Below are positions 1 through 20,607 of a DNA stretch of 64,000 nt, in pieces. The notes beneath the pieces are model-generated. The model was not told the DNA's origin. It saw only the letters and a program-made list of their open reading frames with translations, and did no database searches. This DNA is from Antedon mediterranea (taxonomy: Eukaryota > Animalia > Echinodermata), in assembly GCF_964355755.1 (NCBI RefSeq), contig NC_092675.1:20308912-20372911 (forward strand), written 5' to 3'. Positions within the stretch are counted from its first letter, which is position 1, and every line of letters begins with the position of its first letter. The position numbers and the translations under genes were made by a program.

Positions 1-151
1 ACCATCGGGGTATCATAAGGGAAGCTCAGTTTAACTACATTTGGGCGATCTAAATTACTGATCATTTTGGTTTTAGCAAGGTTAATAGGATATTTATGAC
101 GTAATGATCAATTACGTAATACACGTATAAATAGACTTTTATCAGCTTTTC

Positions 152-237
152 AGTCATGTACTTGGTGGCGTAACGGGTAATGCTCAGTTTTGAGTGCTAT
201 CGGCTGGGGTTCGAACCTCGACGGATTTTTTTTTTTT
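152..237 (+). mobile_element. tRNA-derived SINE head or tRNA-like Pol III element (degenerate); paralogs near 24827-24912 and 54296-54380
   Basis: A-box-like TGGCGTAACGG (166-176), B-box GGTTCGAACC (208-217), then a T12 run (226-237). No convincing cloverleaf. The unit C copy has a mutated B box (GGTTCGGACC). Confidence 0.5.
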
Positions 238-627
238 ATGAATATTGCTTTTTTTTAAAAGAGATATAGTGACACTGTATTGTCGAATATGGATGGCACC
301 ATACCGGTAGGTATTCAAATATGCTTAATCGATGTAAAAATACTTTTAAAATAATAATCAATCATCTTTTTCTTATCTCGTAAAAACTTTTATTACAATT
401 CCTTGGAAGTCATTCTAAGAAATAATACATCACCTGAAACCTGTAATAATTGTATAATATAAAATATTACACATTTTCTGTATGTAGTAGGTAGTTTAAG
501 CGTATACACACATTCTCACGATGCCATTGCGTACACATTGTGATGACAGCCTGGTTATGAAGACGTGTCACATGACAATCACAGTAAAATATTCACAAAC
601 CAATCCGATCGGCCTACACATTCAATG

Positions 628-955
628 TCATTTCATTTCATTTCATTTATTTATTTCACTTTACAACTATATAAATATACAGTGGAGGAGCCTAAAAGAA
701 AGCAAAGCTTGTGGTGAATAGGCTCCTCAAAACAAAACAAAAATAAAATAGAAATAATATATAACACAATTAGAAACTTCAAAAAACAACAATTTAACTA
801 ATATCTTTTCTCTAACACATAAGTTTAAAACTAAAAAACAAGTAAAAAATAGATTATATAAATTATTTTAAAAATATCCAAATTTGTCATTAATAAAAGA
901 ATTTACAAAGAACCTTCAACCAATAATAGTTTAAATTGACGTTAAATAAAGCACC
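628..955 (-). mobile_element. 3' end fragment of a CR1/L2-group LINE (present in all three units)
   Basis: On the minus strand: 3' stem-loop gaggagcct...aggctcctc followed by an aaataaataaatgaaatgaaatga tail, the same tail type as the nested LINE at 46543. Confidence 0.5.
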
Positions 956-1184
956 GTCCGTACGTATACACTTGTTGATGTGTATAAACGCACACCGTCA
1001 CTGCGTACGTATTATTATACGCCTATGAATGACAGCCTCGTTATGAAGACGTGTCACATGACAAACGTCTTCAAATATTCACAAACATTCCACCAATCAA
1101 CTTAGTGACTTATTTCTATTTTATATCACTGTGCTCCACTGGTGCTAAATTTGATCCACTGAACCAGTTACCGTAGTACTATTT

Positions 1185-1526
1185 CTATTTCGGAAGTAAA
1201 TAAAGGCATAAATGGCGCTCCGTAGAAGTAGAGAATGTTCGATCGTCGAAATGACACTCTGAATATACCTCCTCCACATTTTGGGGATTTGGCATTATTT
1301 TTCCCAATCTGGCATTAATTATTGAGGCTACAGTACAGCATAATTTAAATTATCAACGCTGACCAAAGAAGGAAGGATATTGACATTATCAATGACAATG
1401 TTATTGTTATATCATATTTGTTTCTCAATCTTTAAATAAAATTACCAGGATTGGTGACATTTATAGAAACTTGCGTCGTCAACTCAGAGATAGTCATTCA
1501 TTTTCCGTCCGGGTACGACGGTAAGT
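1185..1526 (+). promoter_or_regulatory. Candidate promoter and non-coding first exon of the ZNF gene
   Basis: ETS-type CGGAAGT (1191-1197), YY1-type AAATGGCG (1210-1217), local CpG enrichment and a consensus donor CG|GTAAGT at 1521. Conserved in units B and C. The link to the ZF exon is inference. Confidence 0.3.
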
Positions 1527-3192
1527 AAGGCCACAGTTACTTGTTGCATCATGATGGAGTAATCTTCACTCCATGCTTGTGGTGGTATACTCGCTGCCTC
1601 CTGCTAACAGGCGATGTGAAAATTGTACTCGCGTCCAATAACGACAATGGCCTTTATTTATTCGCGCGTTATTTATTACCGTTCTGCATTTTATGGCATT
1701 ATCAATCAACTTATCAATCAATATTGAAACACTAGTTATAGTTTATTAATTTACAAAATCGAAAAGCAAAAGTGAACTTTTATTTATCTTTAGTGGATAA
1801 TCCCCTGAATAATTATGCATATAAGAGCCCATGTTTGCGAGGAAAAAAAAGTATAAAATACACCACTAAACAATGTGTCCACATATACTTCGATATTAAA
1901 AATCATATAATCAATCAAGCCATCAAAATATAACCAAGCCTCACCAGTAAAAATTGAAAATTATACAAAATGGAATATTATGGATGGTATATATGAAAAT
2001 ATTGTTGAAAAGTGATATTGTACTTTGAATCTTGGTGCCAACCTAATTATAGCTTTAACATTAATAAACTTTAAAAAAGAAATCACAGATATATAGGAAA
2101 TAATGTTTCTTTGAAGGAATAAAATGTATAGGCCTATACTTGATGTCGAACTTTCCAGACGGGTATATCGCTTTAAGCGATGCATGCGCATCAACCAAAG
2201 ACGAGGTTGAAACATCGGATTCTCTTATGTAAAGAAATGTCTTATCACTGTTCATTCAAAACAGAGATACTCAAACACATTTATTTATTTTATTTGTTCT
2301 TTCTTTAAACTGAAATAAACTTTCAATACAAATGTACTGATTTCCAAAGTGGTTCAGTAAACATATTTACAACAAAAATAAAATATAAAACAAAAACAAA
2401 AAGAAAGAAAACCGATATAAAACTATTTACAATTGTGAAGGCAAAAGGTTAATACATATATGTTTTCATAGTGAAGATTTAAAAGTTGTCAAAGACATAT
2501 TATGGAGTTCTGATTTTATGTTATTTGGTAGAGAATTCCATAGTTTAGTTGATTTATAAACAAAACTTGTTTTAGCCTGAGAGTTATTCCATGAAGTCAT
2601 TATTACACATATACCCAAGCACATTATCTATGTATTTTCCACTCTGTCTGATCTAATTAATACCCATTTTTTTTACACTGCCAAGCTATGTGAAAGTGTT
2701 CTCTTCCTTTTATTATTGTATAGTTTTGCAGTTTTAATTTTTGTTTTAGTCATAGTCAATTGACTATGTTTTAGTGTAGTGTATTAAGTATATGAGGTTC
2801 TACAGCTAATTAAATATGCAAGGTCTTAATTGTACTCACACCTCATAAATATTGGGCATAGGTATGTAAACAAAGACAGATATCATGTATCAAGTTATCT
2901 TAATCTCTACAATTCACTTCTATTATAACATCAGTGCTGTGAACATCATAGTCTTTTCTTCTGCAGAGTTTCTTTAAAATTAACATTACCAAAACTCAAT
3001 TTTGTAATTTGTTAACTGTAGTGTAAGTAAAAAATCAATATTACAATTTTCTTGTTATACAATTATGATTTAACCATGTAGGTTTATGTAATGATTTAGT
3101 TTGTGTTATTAACATACAGAACAGCATGTACAGTGTCACAAACACAATGTAATGGTGTGGCCAATCAGATTATAAGGGACATAAATTATTTT

Positions 3193-3412
3193 GGACTAGT
3201 AGGTTAGGACTAGTAGGTTAGGACTAGTAGGTTAGGACTAGTAGGTTAGGACTAGTAGGTTAGGACTAGTAGGTTAGGACTAGTAGGTTAGGACTAGTAG
3301 GTTAGGACTAGTAGGTTAGGACTAGTAGGTTAGGACTAGTAGGTTAGGACTAGTAGGTTAGGACTAGTAGGTTAGGACTAGTAGGTTAGGACTAGTAGGT
3401 TAGGACTAGTAG
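3193..3412 (+). repeat. 14-bp minisatellite (GGACTAGTAGGTTA)n, about 15.7 copies
   Basis: Perfect tandem repeat read directly. The paralog at 28213-28278 has about 4.7 copies. Confidence 0.97.
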
Positions 3413-3668
3413 TTGAACCTGAATGAATGGCATACTGTTACAGTGTTTTGTATAATTATTTTAGTAGGGAGAACCGGTATTAACAGTCGATGTATAAGGG
3501 TTGCAGTGTTGCGTATGTCTTTATACTTTTTAATAATTAAACAATTATCTAATCAAACGTTTCGTGCGTTAGCATCGCACTTTTTCAAGGTAGTGGTTTC
3601 AGCTTGGTTTGCCGACACTGATCATGGCATAGTCACGTGATGTTGTTGTGACATGCGCCCTCTCTGAG

Positions 3669-4298
3669 TTATTTCTTGAATACCTCTGGGTGAATCCCAG
3701 AGGGGTCCGCCCCGGCCGGCCGTCTCACTTCTAACAGGTCATCATATATGTGTGGCAGCCACTTTCCTCCTTGGTCTCTGTTCATGTTGTTTCCAGTTTT
3801 TCTAATTGTAATTGCTTCTTGCCATCCTCTCTTGTTGATGTTTCCCTCTTTCTTTAACACTTTCGCCTCCCAATTAGGTGTATGGTTTTCCTTTATAGCA
3901 TGGTCTGTGATTGCAGATTTATGTGTAATGTTTGATTGTGACATTCTGCTTGACCTTGTCATGACTCCTTTCATGTGATCTTCTACATCTTTTTTATGTT
4001 CTTTTATTCTGTTTCCCAGTTTTCTACCAGTTTCTCCTATGTATATTAAGTTGCAATTCATACAGGGTACACCATACACTACTCCACTTGTGTCCTCCGG
4101 CTTAATCTTATCTTTTGGGTGTACTAGATGCGATCTTAATTTGTTTTGGGGTACGAAGTAAGAGTTAATTTTATGGCTAGTGAGCGTTCTACGTATCTTT
4201 TCGGATAGCCCTCTCACATAGGGTAAAGCTACGCTGCCACGCATGTCTTGTTTGTTTTCTCCTTTTTTCTGGCTATTTTCTGTTTTTTTGTGTATCAC
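3669..4298 (-). pseudogene. Penelope GIY-YIG endonuclease portion (frameshifted from the RT)
   Basis: LPYVRGLSE linker, GVVYGVPCMNCNLIYIGETGRKLGNRIKEH, SAITDH, EAITI, MNRDQG. Confidence 0.92.
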
Positions 4299-4332
4299 TC
4301 TATTGATGGCCCAATTTGGATATTCACATATA

Positions 4333-5547
4333 TTAATTAAGTACCTTTTGGATGTGCTTCATCTCTTCTCTTTTGCTCTGCTGTGTTGTTACAATGTTTT
4401 GGCATCTGTCCACTAGTGTGTTGATGACGCTCAGCTTGTGCTCAAGAGGATGCCTTTTTGATTTGAAGTTTAAGTATTGGTCAGTATGTGTGGGTTTCCT
4501 GTAAATCGAAGTTTTTGTAGTACCGTCAGTTTTTAGGGTGATGAGGCAGTCCAAGAACGGAAGAGTGTTATCGGTCATTCTTTCTGTAGTAAACTTGATA
4601 CTTTTAGTAGGGTCTATGGTGTTAAGATGTTTGTTAAGATCTTCTATAGATTCTTTTTTGACCACAGCTAACACATCATCTACATACCTTCGCCAATAAG
4701 TGGGTCTGATGTTGTCATTTGCCCTGCTTATGGCCTCAGTCTCCAACCATTCTAAAAACAGGTTAGCAACGATTGGGTTAATTGGACTTCCCATAGCTAT
4801 GCCAGATTTTTGCCTGTATATGATGTTTCCAAAACTAAAGTATGCGGTGTTCACGACCAGAGACAACAGTTCCATAACATATTCTACTTTCAGTTTTGTA
4901 CGGTTTTGTAGCGTTTGGTCAGCCCTCAAGCATTCATATATTATTTCCAGTGATTTTTCTGTAGGGGTTTTTGTAAACAAAGACACTACATCAAAAGAAA
5001 CAAAGGTTTGGTTAGGTGACACATGAAGATCTTTTAGTTCGGTGGCTAGTTCTTTAGAGTTGTTTATTGAGTGTGTGGTGTTGCCAACCATTGGTTTTAG
5101 AATATCTCTTAGAAATTTGGACACCTCATAGTAAATGGAGTCTATGCCATCTACGATTTGCCTCAAAGGCCAATTTGGTTTATGAATTTTAGGTGTGCAA
5201 TATAGCCTCGGAGTTTTTTCCGCTGTCGGGAATAATTTACATTTTTCCCCATATGTGATTTTTTCACTTAAGCAATCTATTTAGGGTGTTCACCAAAGCA
5301 CGTTTATATTTTGGAGTGGGGTTTGATTTGAGTTGTTCATATACTTGGTCGTCGGATAACATCTAACTAACCTTAGCTTTATAACCTGTTGTGTTTACTA
5401 CAACCGTAGCATGGCCTTTGTCAGCAGGTAAAATTGTAATTTCATGATCTTCTTTTAGCAATTTTAGCCCTGTTCTTTCTTTGGCTGATAAGTTTGGAGA
5501 TGGAGGTTTGTATGATTTTATTAGTGAAACGATCTTACCTCGTATAT
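4333..5547 (-). pseudogene. Penelope reverse transcriptase, 5'-truncated and disrupted
   Basis: ORF 4333-5166 contains YVDD. Upstream motifs (PADKG, CTPKIHK) continue in broken frames up to the inversion junction at 5547. Confidence 0.92.
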
Positions 5548-5663
5548 GACCCCTCTGGGATTCACCCAGAGGTATTCAAGAAATAACTCAGAGAGGGCGC
5601 ATGTCACAACAACATCACGTGACTTATGCCATGATCAGTGTCGGCAAACCAAGCTGACACCAC

Positions 5664-5704
5664 TACCTTGAAAAAGTGCGATGCTAACGCACGAAACGTT
5701 GGTA
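5664..5704 (+). ncRNA. Minimal hammerhead-ribozyme-like motif in the pLTR (U3-A8 variant core)
   Basis: TACC-TTGAAAA-A-GTGCG-atgctaa-CGCAC-GAAA-CG-TT-GGTA: stem I TACC/GGTA, stem II GTGCG/CGCAC, GAAA, palindromic ACGT stem III. PLEs are known to carry minimal type I hammerheads. Confidence 0.6.
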
Positions 5705-5956
5705 TTAAAGTTTCAACGTTTATTTCCACCTTCATGAAAAACGAAAATTTGATTTCAAAAATATTTTGGGAAGGAGATGAATTTTTTCAATTTTATAATA
5801 AAGCTCAATATAAAGTAACAAATGTCAAGAATAAGTAAAGGACAGAAAATAAATATTCCTTTGCTTTATAATTAATCAGTTGCTTCTGAGTTATTATTTT
5901 GTATAAACTATATTCATTTCACTAGTTCCTATGTGGACATATTATGTTGGCATTAA

Positions 5957-6190
5957 AGACCCATTCCCTACAATTTGTGATGTCTTGTAAAAATAATGCA
6001 TACAGTATATTACTTTTAAAAACATTAAACCCGGTCATTCCTTGTCTTAAATATACGTTTTATTTTATGGTAATTTTAACCATTCAATGATGAAAAAGGT
6101 TATCGCAATAGGACCATAGAATTATTTTTACATTAAATGTAGTTTGTGACCTTAAATTGGATTTAAAAAACGTACTGTAGGAATGGGACT
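5957..6190. mobile_element. TTAA-flanked MITE (Kolobok/T2-type termini AG...CT)
   Basis: TTAA|AGACCCATTCCCTACA ... TGTAGGAATGGGACT|TTAA. Only the right part survives in unit B (about 28486-28658). Confidence 0.7.
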
Positions 6191-7012
6191 TTAAACCAAA
6201 CTTGTGTCATGTCCAGATAAATTTCCATTTCACACCTGATTCATTAACCCGGAAAGTGTCAGACACTGGTTGCGTGTATTTACACTGCAAAATACCAACC
6301 CGTGTAAATGTTCTAGATTAATTGAAATATCGCCCTCTCATGGATGAAGAGACACCATGTAATGGTCTGCTCATTATCACCTTAATTTTTTTATGGCAAT
6401 ACAAACAAATTGTGTCTACTCGTGAAAAATAATATTTCTGAAAAAAAATAACAAAAAAATAACTATACATTTAATTATTTAATATGTGAAAAAAAAAAAA
6501 AATCAGTCTTAATTGTATGTAAATTAAATACTATAGTGAGCAAGGATAGCAACCAACCGGAAAAAACACGCGGGACTGTTTACACCGCGAATACGCATCA
6601 GGTTGACTTGATGCAGAATACATTGCGCATCACTTAAGGGCCTTTCACACCTGTTCCGGCATGGTTCTGGTTCGGCAAATCGAATGGCAATGTTTCATTT
6701 TCACTATGCTCCACATGGCTATGCGCCAATCGATATGCGCATGGCCGCGTAAAAATGAAACATTGGCTTTGCCAGCGCCAGACTGGAACCGTGCAGACGG
6801 GTCCTTTACCCGTGTGGTTCAGAAACCGGGTTGGAATTTCTGCGTCCCAGGTACAATTCGGGTTACTTAATTCTGGATCAACTTGATTTGAGTTGTTATT
6901 TGTCCTAGACTCCTACTCTAAATTCAAACTATACTTTCAAATGATGTTTTTATTTACAATATAATTTAGTACACAATTTTTATTTCAGTGATTTTTTTAA
7001 TGAATGGTGGGT

Positions 7013-7028
7013 AATTTCTTTTTTTCAG
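7013..7028 (+). promoter_or_regulatory. Splice acceptor upstream of the ZF exon (paralog at about 29521-29535)
   Basis: Polypyrimidine tract tttctttttttCAG, 82 bp before the ATG at 7111, conserved in unit B. Confidence 0.45.
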
Positions 7029-7110
7029 TGACTTCTTGACAGTGTACCAATATCCAGCGGTGGACAGCCGGGGCAAGTCAGTCTTACAGTACTTATGCCA
7101 TCTGTGAATA

Positions 7111-9627
7111 ATGAATTTATACAAATGTGAACATTGTGGAGATAAACTTCAAACACACCAAGAGTTTAAATTTCTTCGATGTCAAGTGAACGTTGTCAGA
7201 CTTTGTCTAGATTTAAATAGTGGATGGAGCAGACATTTGGGAGAGTACACAGAAGAGACGCCATATGAATGTGTACATTGTGGAAAGAAATTCAACCAGA
7301 ATGACGATCTGAAAAAACATTTGAAAATGCACAAAAAAGAGACACCATATGAATGTGAACATTGTGGGAAGAAATTCAACCAGAATGACGATTTCAAAAA
7401 ACATTTGAGAATGCACACAGAAAAGACACCATATGAATGTGAACACTGTAGGAAGAAATTCAACCAGAATGACGATCTGAAAAGACATATGAGAATACAC
7501 ACAGGAGAGACACCATATGAATGTGAACATTGTGGAAAGAAATTCAACCAGAATGACGATCTGAAAAAACATTTGAGAATGCACACAGAAAAGACACCAT
7601 ATGAATGTGAACATTGTGGGAAGAAATTCAAACAGAATGATGATTTGAAAAAACATATGAGAATGCACACAGGAGAGAAACCATATGAATGTGAACATTG
7701 TGGGAAGAAATTCAAACAGAATGATGATTTGAAAAAACATATGAGAATGCACACAGGAGAGAAACCATATGAATGTGAACATTGTGGGAAGAAATTCAAC
7801 CGGAATGACAGTTTGAAAAAACATATGAGAATGCACACAGGAGAGAAACCATATGAATGTGAACATTGTGGAAAGAAATTCAACCGGAATGACAGTTTGA
7901 AAAAACATATGAGAATGCACACAGGAGAGAAACCATATGAATGTGAACATTGTGGAAAGAAATTCAACCAGAATGACGATCTGAAAAAACATTTAAAAAT
8001 GCACAAAGAAGAGACACCATATGAATGTGATCATTATGGGAAGAAATTTAACCGGAATGACGATTTGAAAAAACATATGAGAATGCACACAGAAGAGACA
8101 CGATATGAATGTGAACATTGTGGGAAGAAATTCAACCGGAATGACGATTTGAAAAAACATATGAGAATGCACAGAGAAGAGACACCATATGAATGTGAAC
8201 ATTGTGGGAAGAAATTCAACCAGAATGACGATTTGAAAAAATATTTGAAAATGCACACAGAAGAGACACCTTATGAATGTGAACATTGTGGGAAGAAATT
8301 CAAAAACAATGATGATCTGAAAGAACATTTGAGAATGCACACAGGAGAGAAACCATATGAATGTGAACATTGTGGGAAGAAATTCAACCAGAATGACAGT
8401 TTGAAAAAACGTATGAGAATACACACAGGAGAGAAACCATATGAATGTGAACATTGTGAGAAGAAATTCAAAGACAATGATGATCTGAAAAAACATTTGA
8501 GAATGCACACAGGAGAGATACCATATGAATGTGAACATTGTGGGAAGAAATTCAACCAGAATGACAGTTTGAAAAAACGTATGAGAATACACACAGGAAA
8601 GAAACCATATGAATGTGAACATTGTGGGAAGAAATTCAACCAGAATGACGATCTGAAAAAACATTTAAAAATGCACAAAGAAGAGACACCATATGAATGT
8701 GAACATTGTGGGACGAAATTCAACCGGAATGACGATTTGAAAAAACATATGAGAATGCACACAGAAGAGACACGATATGAATGTGAACATTGTGGGAAGA
8801 AATTCAACCGGAATGACGATTTGAAAAAACATTTGAAAATGCACAAAGAAGAGACACCATATGAATGTGAACATTGTGGGACGAAATTCAACCAGAATGA
8901 CGATTTGAAAAAACATTTGAGAATGCACACAGAAGAGAAACCATATGAATGTGAACATTGTGGGACGAAATTCAACCAGAATGATGATTTGAAAAAACAT
9001 TTGAGAATTCACACAGAAGAGACACCATATGAATGTGAACATTGTGGGAAGAGATTCAAAGACAATGATGATCTGAAAAAACATTTGAAAATGCACACAG
9101 AAGAGACACCATATGAATGTGAACATTGTGGGAAGAAATTTAAATATAAAAGTAATTTGAAAAGACATATGAGAATACACACAGGAGAGACACCATATGA
9201 ATGTAAACATTGTGGAAAGAAATTCAACCAGATTGGGAGTTTGAAAACTCATTTAAGAATACACACAGGAGAGACACCATATGAATGTGAACATTGTAAG
9301 AAGAAATTTAAACATAAAGGAAATTTGAGAAGGCATTTGCGAATACACACAGGAGAGAAACCATATGAATGTGAACATTGTGGGAAGAAATTGAACCGTA
9401 TTGGGAGTTTGAAAATTCATTTGCGAATACACACAGGAGAGAAACCATATGAATGTGAACATTGTGGGAAGAAATTCAACCAGATTGGGAATTTGAAAAT
9501 TCATTTGAGAATACACACAGGAGAGACACCATTTGAATGTGAACATTGTGGAAAGAAATTTAACCAGATTGGGAATTTGAGAAGACATTTGAGAATGCAC
9601 ACAGGAGAGACACCGTATGAATGTTAA
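7111..9627 (+). CDS. Tandem C2H2 zinc-finger protein, 838 aa, 28 finger units, no effector domain visible
   Basis: Repeated [23 protein letters not shown] with TGEKP/TEETP linkers. In-frame TGA at 7105-7107 just before the ATG. Ends at a GAA-to-TAA change inside the next finger. Four units lack a Zn ligand (CDHY, KKY, two KKR). Confidence 0.8.
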   Translation: MNLYKCEHCGDKLQTHQEFKFLRCQVNVVRLCLDLNSGWSRHLGEYTEETPYECVHCGKKFNQNDDLKKHLKMHKKETPYECEHCGKKFNQNDDFKKHLRMHTEKTPYECEHCRKKFNQNDDLKRHMRIHTGETPYECEHCGKKFNQNDDLKKHLRMHTEKTPYECEHCGKKFKQNDDLKKHMRMHTGEKPYECEHCGKKFKQNDDLKKHMRMHTGEKPYECEHCGKKFNRNDSLKKHMRMHTGEKPYECEHCGKKFNRNDSLKKHMRMHTGEKPYECEHCGKKFNQNDDLKKHLKMHKEETPYECDHYGKKFNRNDDLKKHMRMHTEETRYECEHCGKKFNRNDDLKKHMRMHREETPYECEHCGKKFNQNDDLKKYLKMHTEETPYECEHCGKKFKNNDDLKEHLRMHTGEKPYECEHCGKKFNQNDSLKKRMRIHTGEKPYECEHCEKKFKDNDDLKKHLRMHTGEIPYECEHCGKKFNQNDSLKKRMRIHTGKKPYECEHCGKKFNQNDDLKKHLKMHKEETPYECEHCGTKFNRNDDLKKHMRMHTEETRYECEHCGKKFNRNDDLKKHLKMHKEETPYECEHCGTKFNQNDDLKKHLRMHTEEKPYECEHCGTKFNQNDDLKKHLRIHTEETPYECEHCGKRFKDNDDLKKHLKMHTEETPYECEHCGKKFKYKSNLKRHMRIHTGETPYECKHCGKKFNQIGSLKTHLRIHTGETPYECEHCKKKFKHKGNLRRHLRIHTGEKPYECEHCGKKLNRIGSLKIHLRIHTGEKPYECEHCGKKFNQIGNLKIHLRIHTGETPFECEHCGKKFNQIGNLRRHLRMHTGETPYEC

Positions 9628-18895
<9,268 letters not shown>

Positions 18896-19226
18896 ACATT
18901 GTGGGAAGGAATTGTTCATTGATAATTAAGTTTTGTGATCTTTTTTCTCTTTAATTGTTTTATATTTTCAATATCATTGAATATTATAGTATAGGCCTAA
19001 CTAAAATATCTTATCAGCTCTGTCTACACTATCAAACTTTATGAGACTAAAACGTGTAGGCATAGCTTTAGAGAACTTTTTTGTAATTGTTTTTTTTCTT
19101 TTGATGTTTTATTTTCTGTTTAAAAATAAGTTTTTTTGAGCTGTGATCGTTAAAATTTTATATTTGTTGCATATTTTATATATGTTTGTTGAATTCAACA
19201 TAAAGATATTGTATGATGTGTTTATG

Positions 19227-19232
19227 AATAAA
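19227..19232 (+). terminator. Candidate polyadenylation signal of the ZNF transcript (paralog 39143-39148)
   Basis: AATAAA about 330 bp after the array in a T-rich region, conserved in both units. AATAAA is common in AT-rich DNA, so support is weak. Confidence 0.3.
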
Positions 19233-20578
19233 TATACAGTACCTTGAATTATTATATTGTGGGTTTTTCTCGATATACCTTCATCCTTTAAATCTTTTAG
19301 AAAAAAAAGCACCATTATTATAAAGAAGGTCCATCTGTTTTTATTTTGTGAATATTCTGTGAGACTTGACTAAAAAAACCATGTTTTGTGGCATATGATG
19401 TCATCGTATGTACAGTAAGCTAATGTGAGCCTTTTCTCCATGATTACTTTAGTATGCGAACTCAACCAATCCAATTCTTGAAATTTAAGAAATTATTGTA
19501 AAAGATATAGTAACACTTTATAAAAACTTTTTTGAAATTATTTATTACAATAATGCATATGTATTTAAACAAATAGAGAGACTAGGCATCGGAATCTTTG
19601 CACATTTCTGTTTCTGACATGGTAACGTAAATATTCTTAAAATTGAGGGCGCCAAACATAAAAAATTTAGGAGATCGAAAGGAAGCGGGAAGTCCCAAAG
19701 AAAAACAAAATTATGGTGTGCTCCCTTCTAGCACGATATGGCTCTCTCACAGCCATGGGGGTACCACGACATCAAATGCTTTGATGTTAACGCCTTATGA
19801 TGTGTGGGGGGTGGGGGGGGGGGGGACGTTTAAATCTGTGAACCCTAAACACAGAAGCTCGCATAGCTTTAACTCTATTCCACTGACCGACAGGATCAAT
19901 TCGATCCCATGCACTCGTGTTATCAACATGACGCTCTGCCACCCTCTAGTTTATCGCAAGGCTAAAACTAGATTCGTTTTTTGTCAAAATTACGTCATGA
20001 AAATGCAAATTTATGACGTAATGATTAGTATGAAGCGCGTATAATACTATACTATTGTCACCCTTCATTACTCGTGCACATTGTTGCATAACGGATAGTT
20101 CTCTATTAACTATCGTTTGAATTCTCTCAATTCTAATAGCTGGGGTTCAACGATTCTCTACGGATTTAAAAAAAAAAGTAAATATAAATTGTTTTTCTCT
20201 GATTTTGAAGGAGAGATATTTAGAGAGTCAAGTTAATTTAGGATATATATATTTCCATATTTCTAACTGCAGGCTGGTATACATTAAACATAGAGAAAGT
20301 ATTCAAATTGTCATTAGGGTAGCCACGCCTCCAGTATGGCATGGTCCCTCCTTCTGGTTATCTGAGGGCGAACGTCACTTCAGTGTTGGCAGCTGGCGAT
20401 AATTTTAATACACTGTTTTGTACATCGACTATAAACAAATGATTATGAAACGGTAGACAATTCCGTTTAGACATTTATTAGCTGTAATTTTGGTCGAAAT
20501 GAAAGAGAAACTTTCAAGAAACAACCAAGAAAACCTCACCTTTCACTGTGTTTAGTGTTTTCATTGCTTACGTTTCAT

Positions 20579-20607
20579 CAGGGAGTTATAAATGTTATAC
20601 CTCCCTG
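20579..20607. mobile_element. 29-bp palindromic transposon remnant with 7-bp TSD (paralog 40490-40519)
   Basis: In unit B: GTTTCAT|CAGGGAGGTATAA-AATG-TTATACCTCCCTG|GTTTCAT. The unit A copy has one substitution and one deletion. Confidence 0.75.

Larger units (their letters stand above)
3556..5704 (-). mobile_element. Penelope-like retroelement (endonuclease-containing), 5'-truncated, with inverted pLTR
   Basis: PLE-type RT motifs (ILPADKG, PRLYCTPKIHK, SFDVVSLFT, GIAMGSP, YVDD, LPFLD, YRKPTHT) followed by a GIY-YIG endonuclease. 3556-3707 and 5548-5700 are inverted copies. Absent from the matching position of unit B. Confidence 0.95.

Noticed and set aside
521-2255. Short ORFs repeated in all three units (MPLRTHCDD..., MLHHDGVIF..., MNSDKTFLY...)
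   Set aside because: Conservation only reflects recent duplication. They overlap repeat fragments, differ by frameshifts between units and show no domains.
3193-3560. Telomere-like repeat as target of the neighbouring Penelope element
   Set aside because: The repeat is 14 bp, lies about 140 bp away, also exists in unit B without the element, and this PLE has its own GIY-YIG endonuclease.
6225-6870. Harbinger-like MITE fragments (gggcctttcacacc, repeated tttacac and aacc(c)gg motifs)
   Set aside because: No matching second terminus or TSD could be located by eye.
7111-9627. Calling the gene PRDM9 or a KRAB-ZNF
   Set aside because: No SET, SSXRD or KRAB exon could be found, and an in-frame stop precedes the ATG. 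Only the array's evolutionary pattern is similar.
19643-20402. 133-aa and 65-aa ORFs downstream of the array; possible minus-strand SINE boxes at about 19890-19945
   Set aside because: Non-ATG starts, a stop in the unit B copy, a poly-G tract and no domain. The SINE boxes are too degenerate to call.
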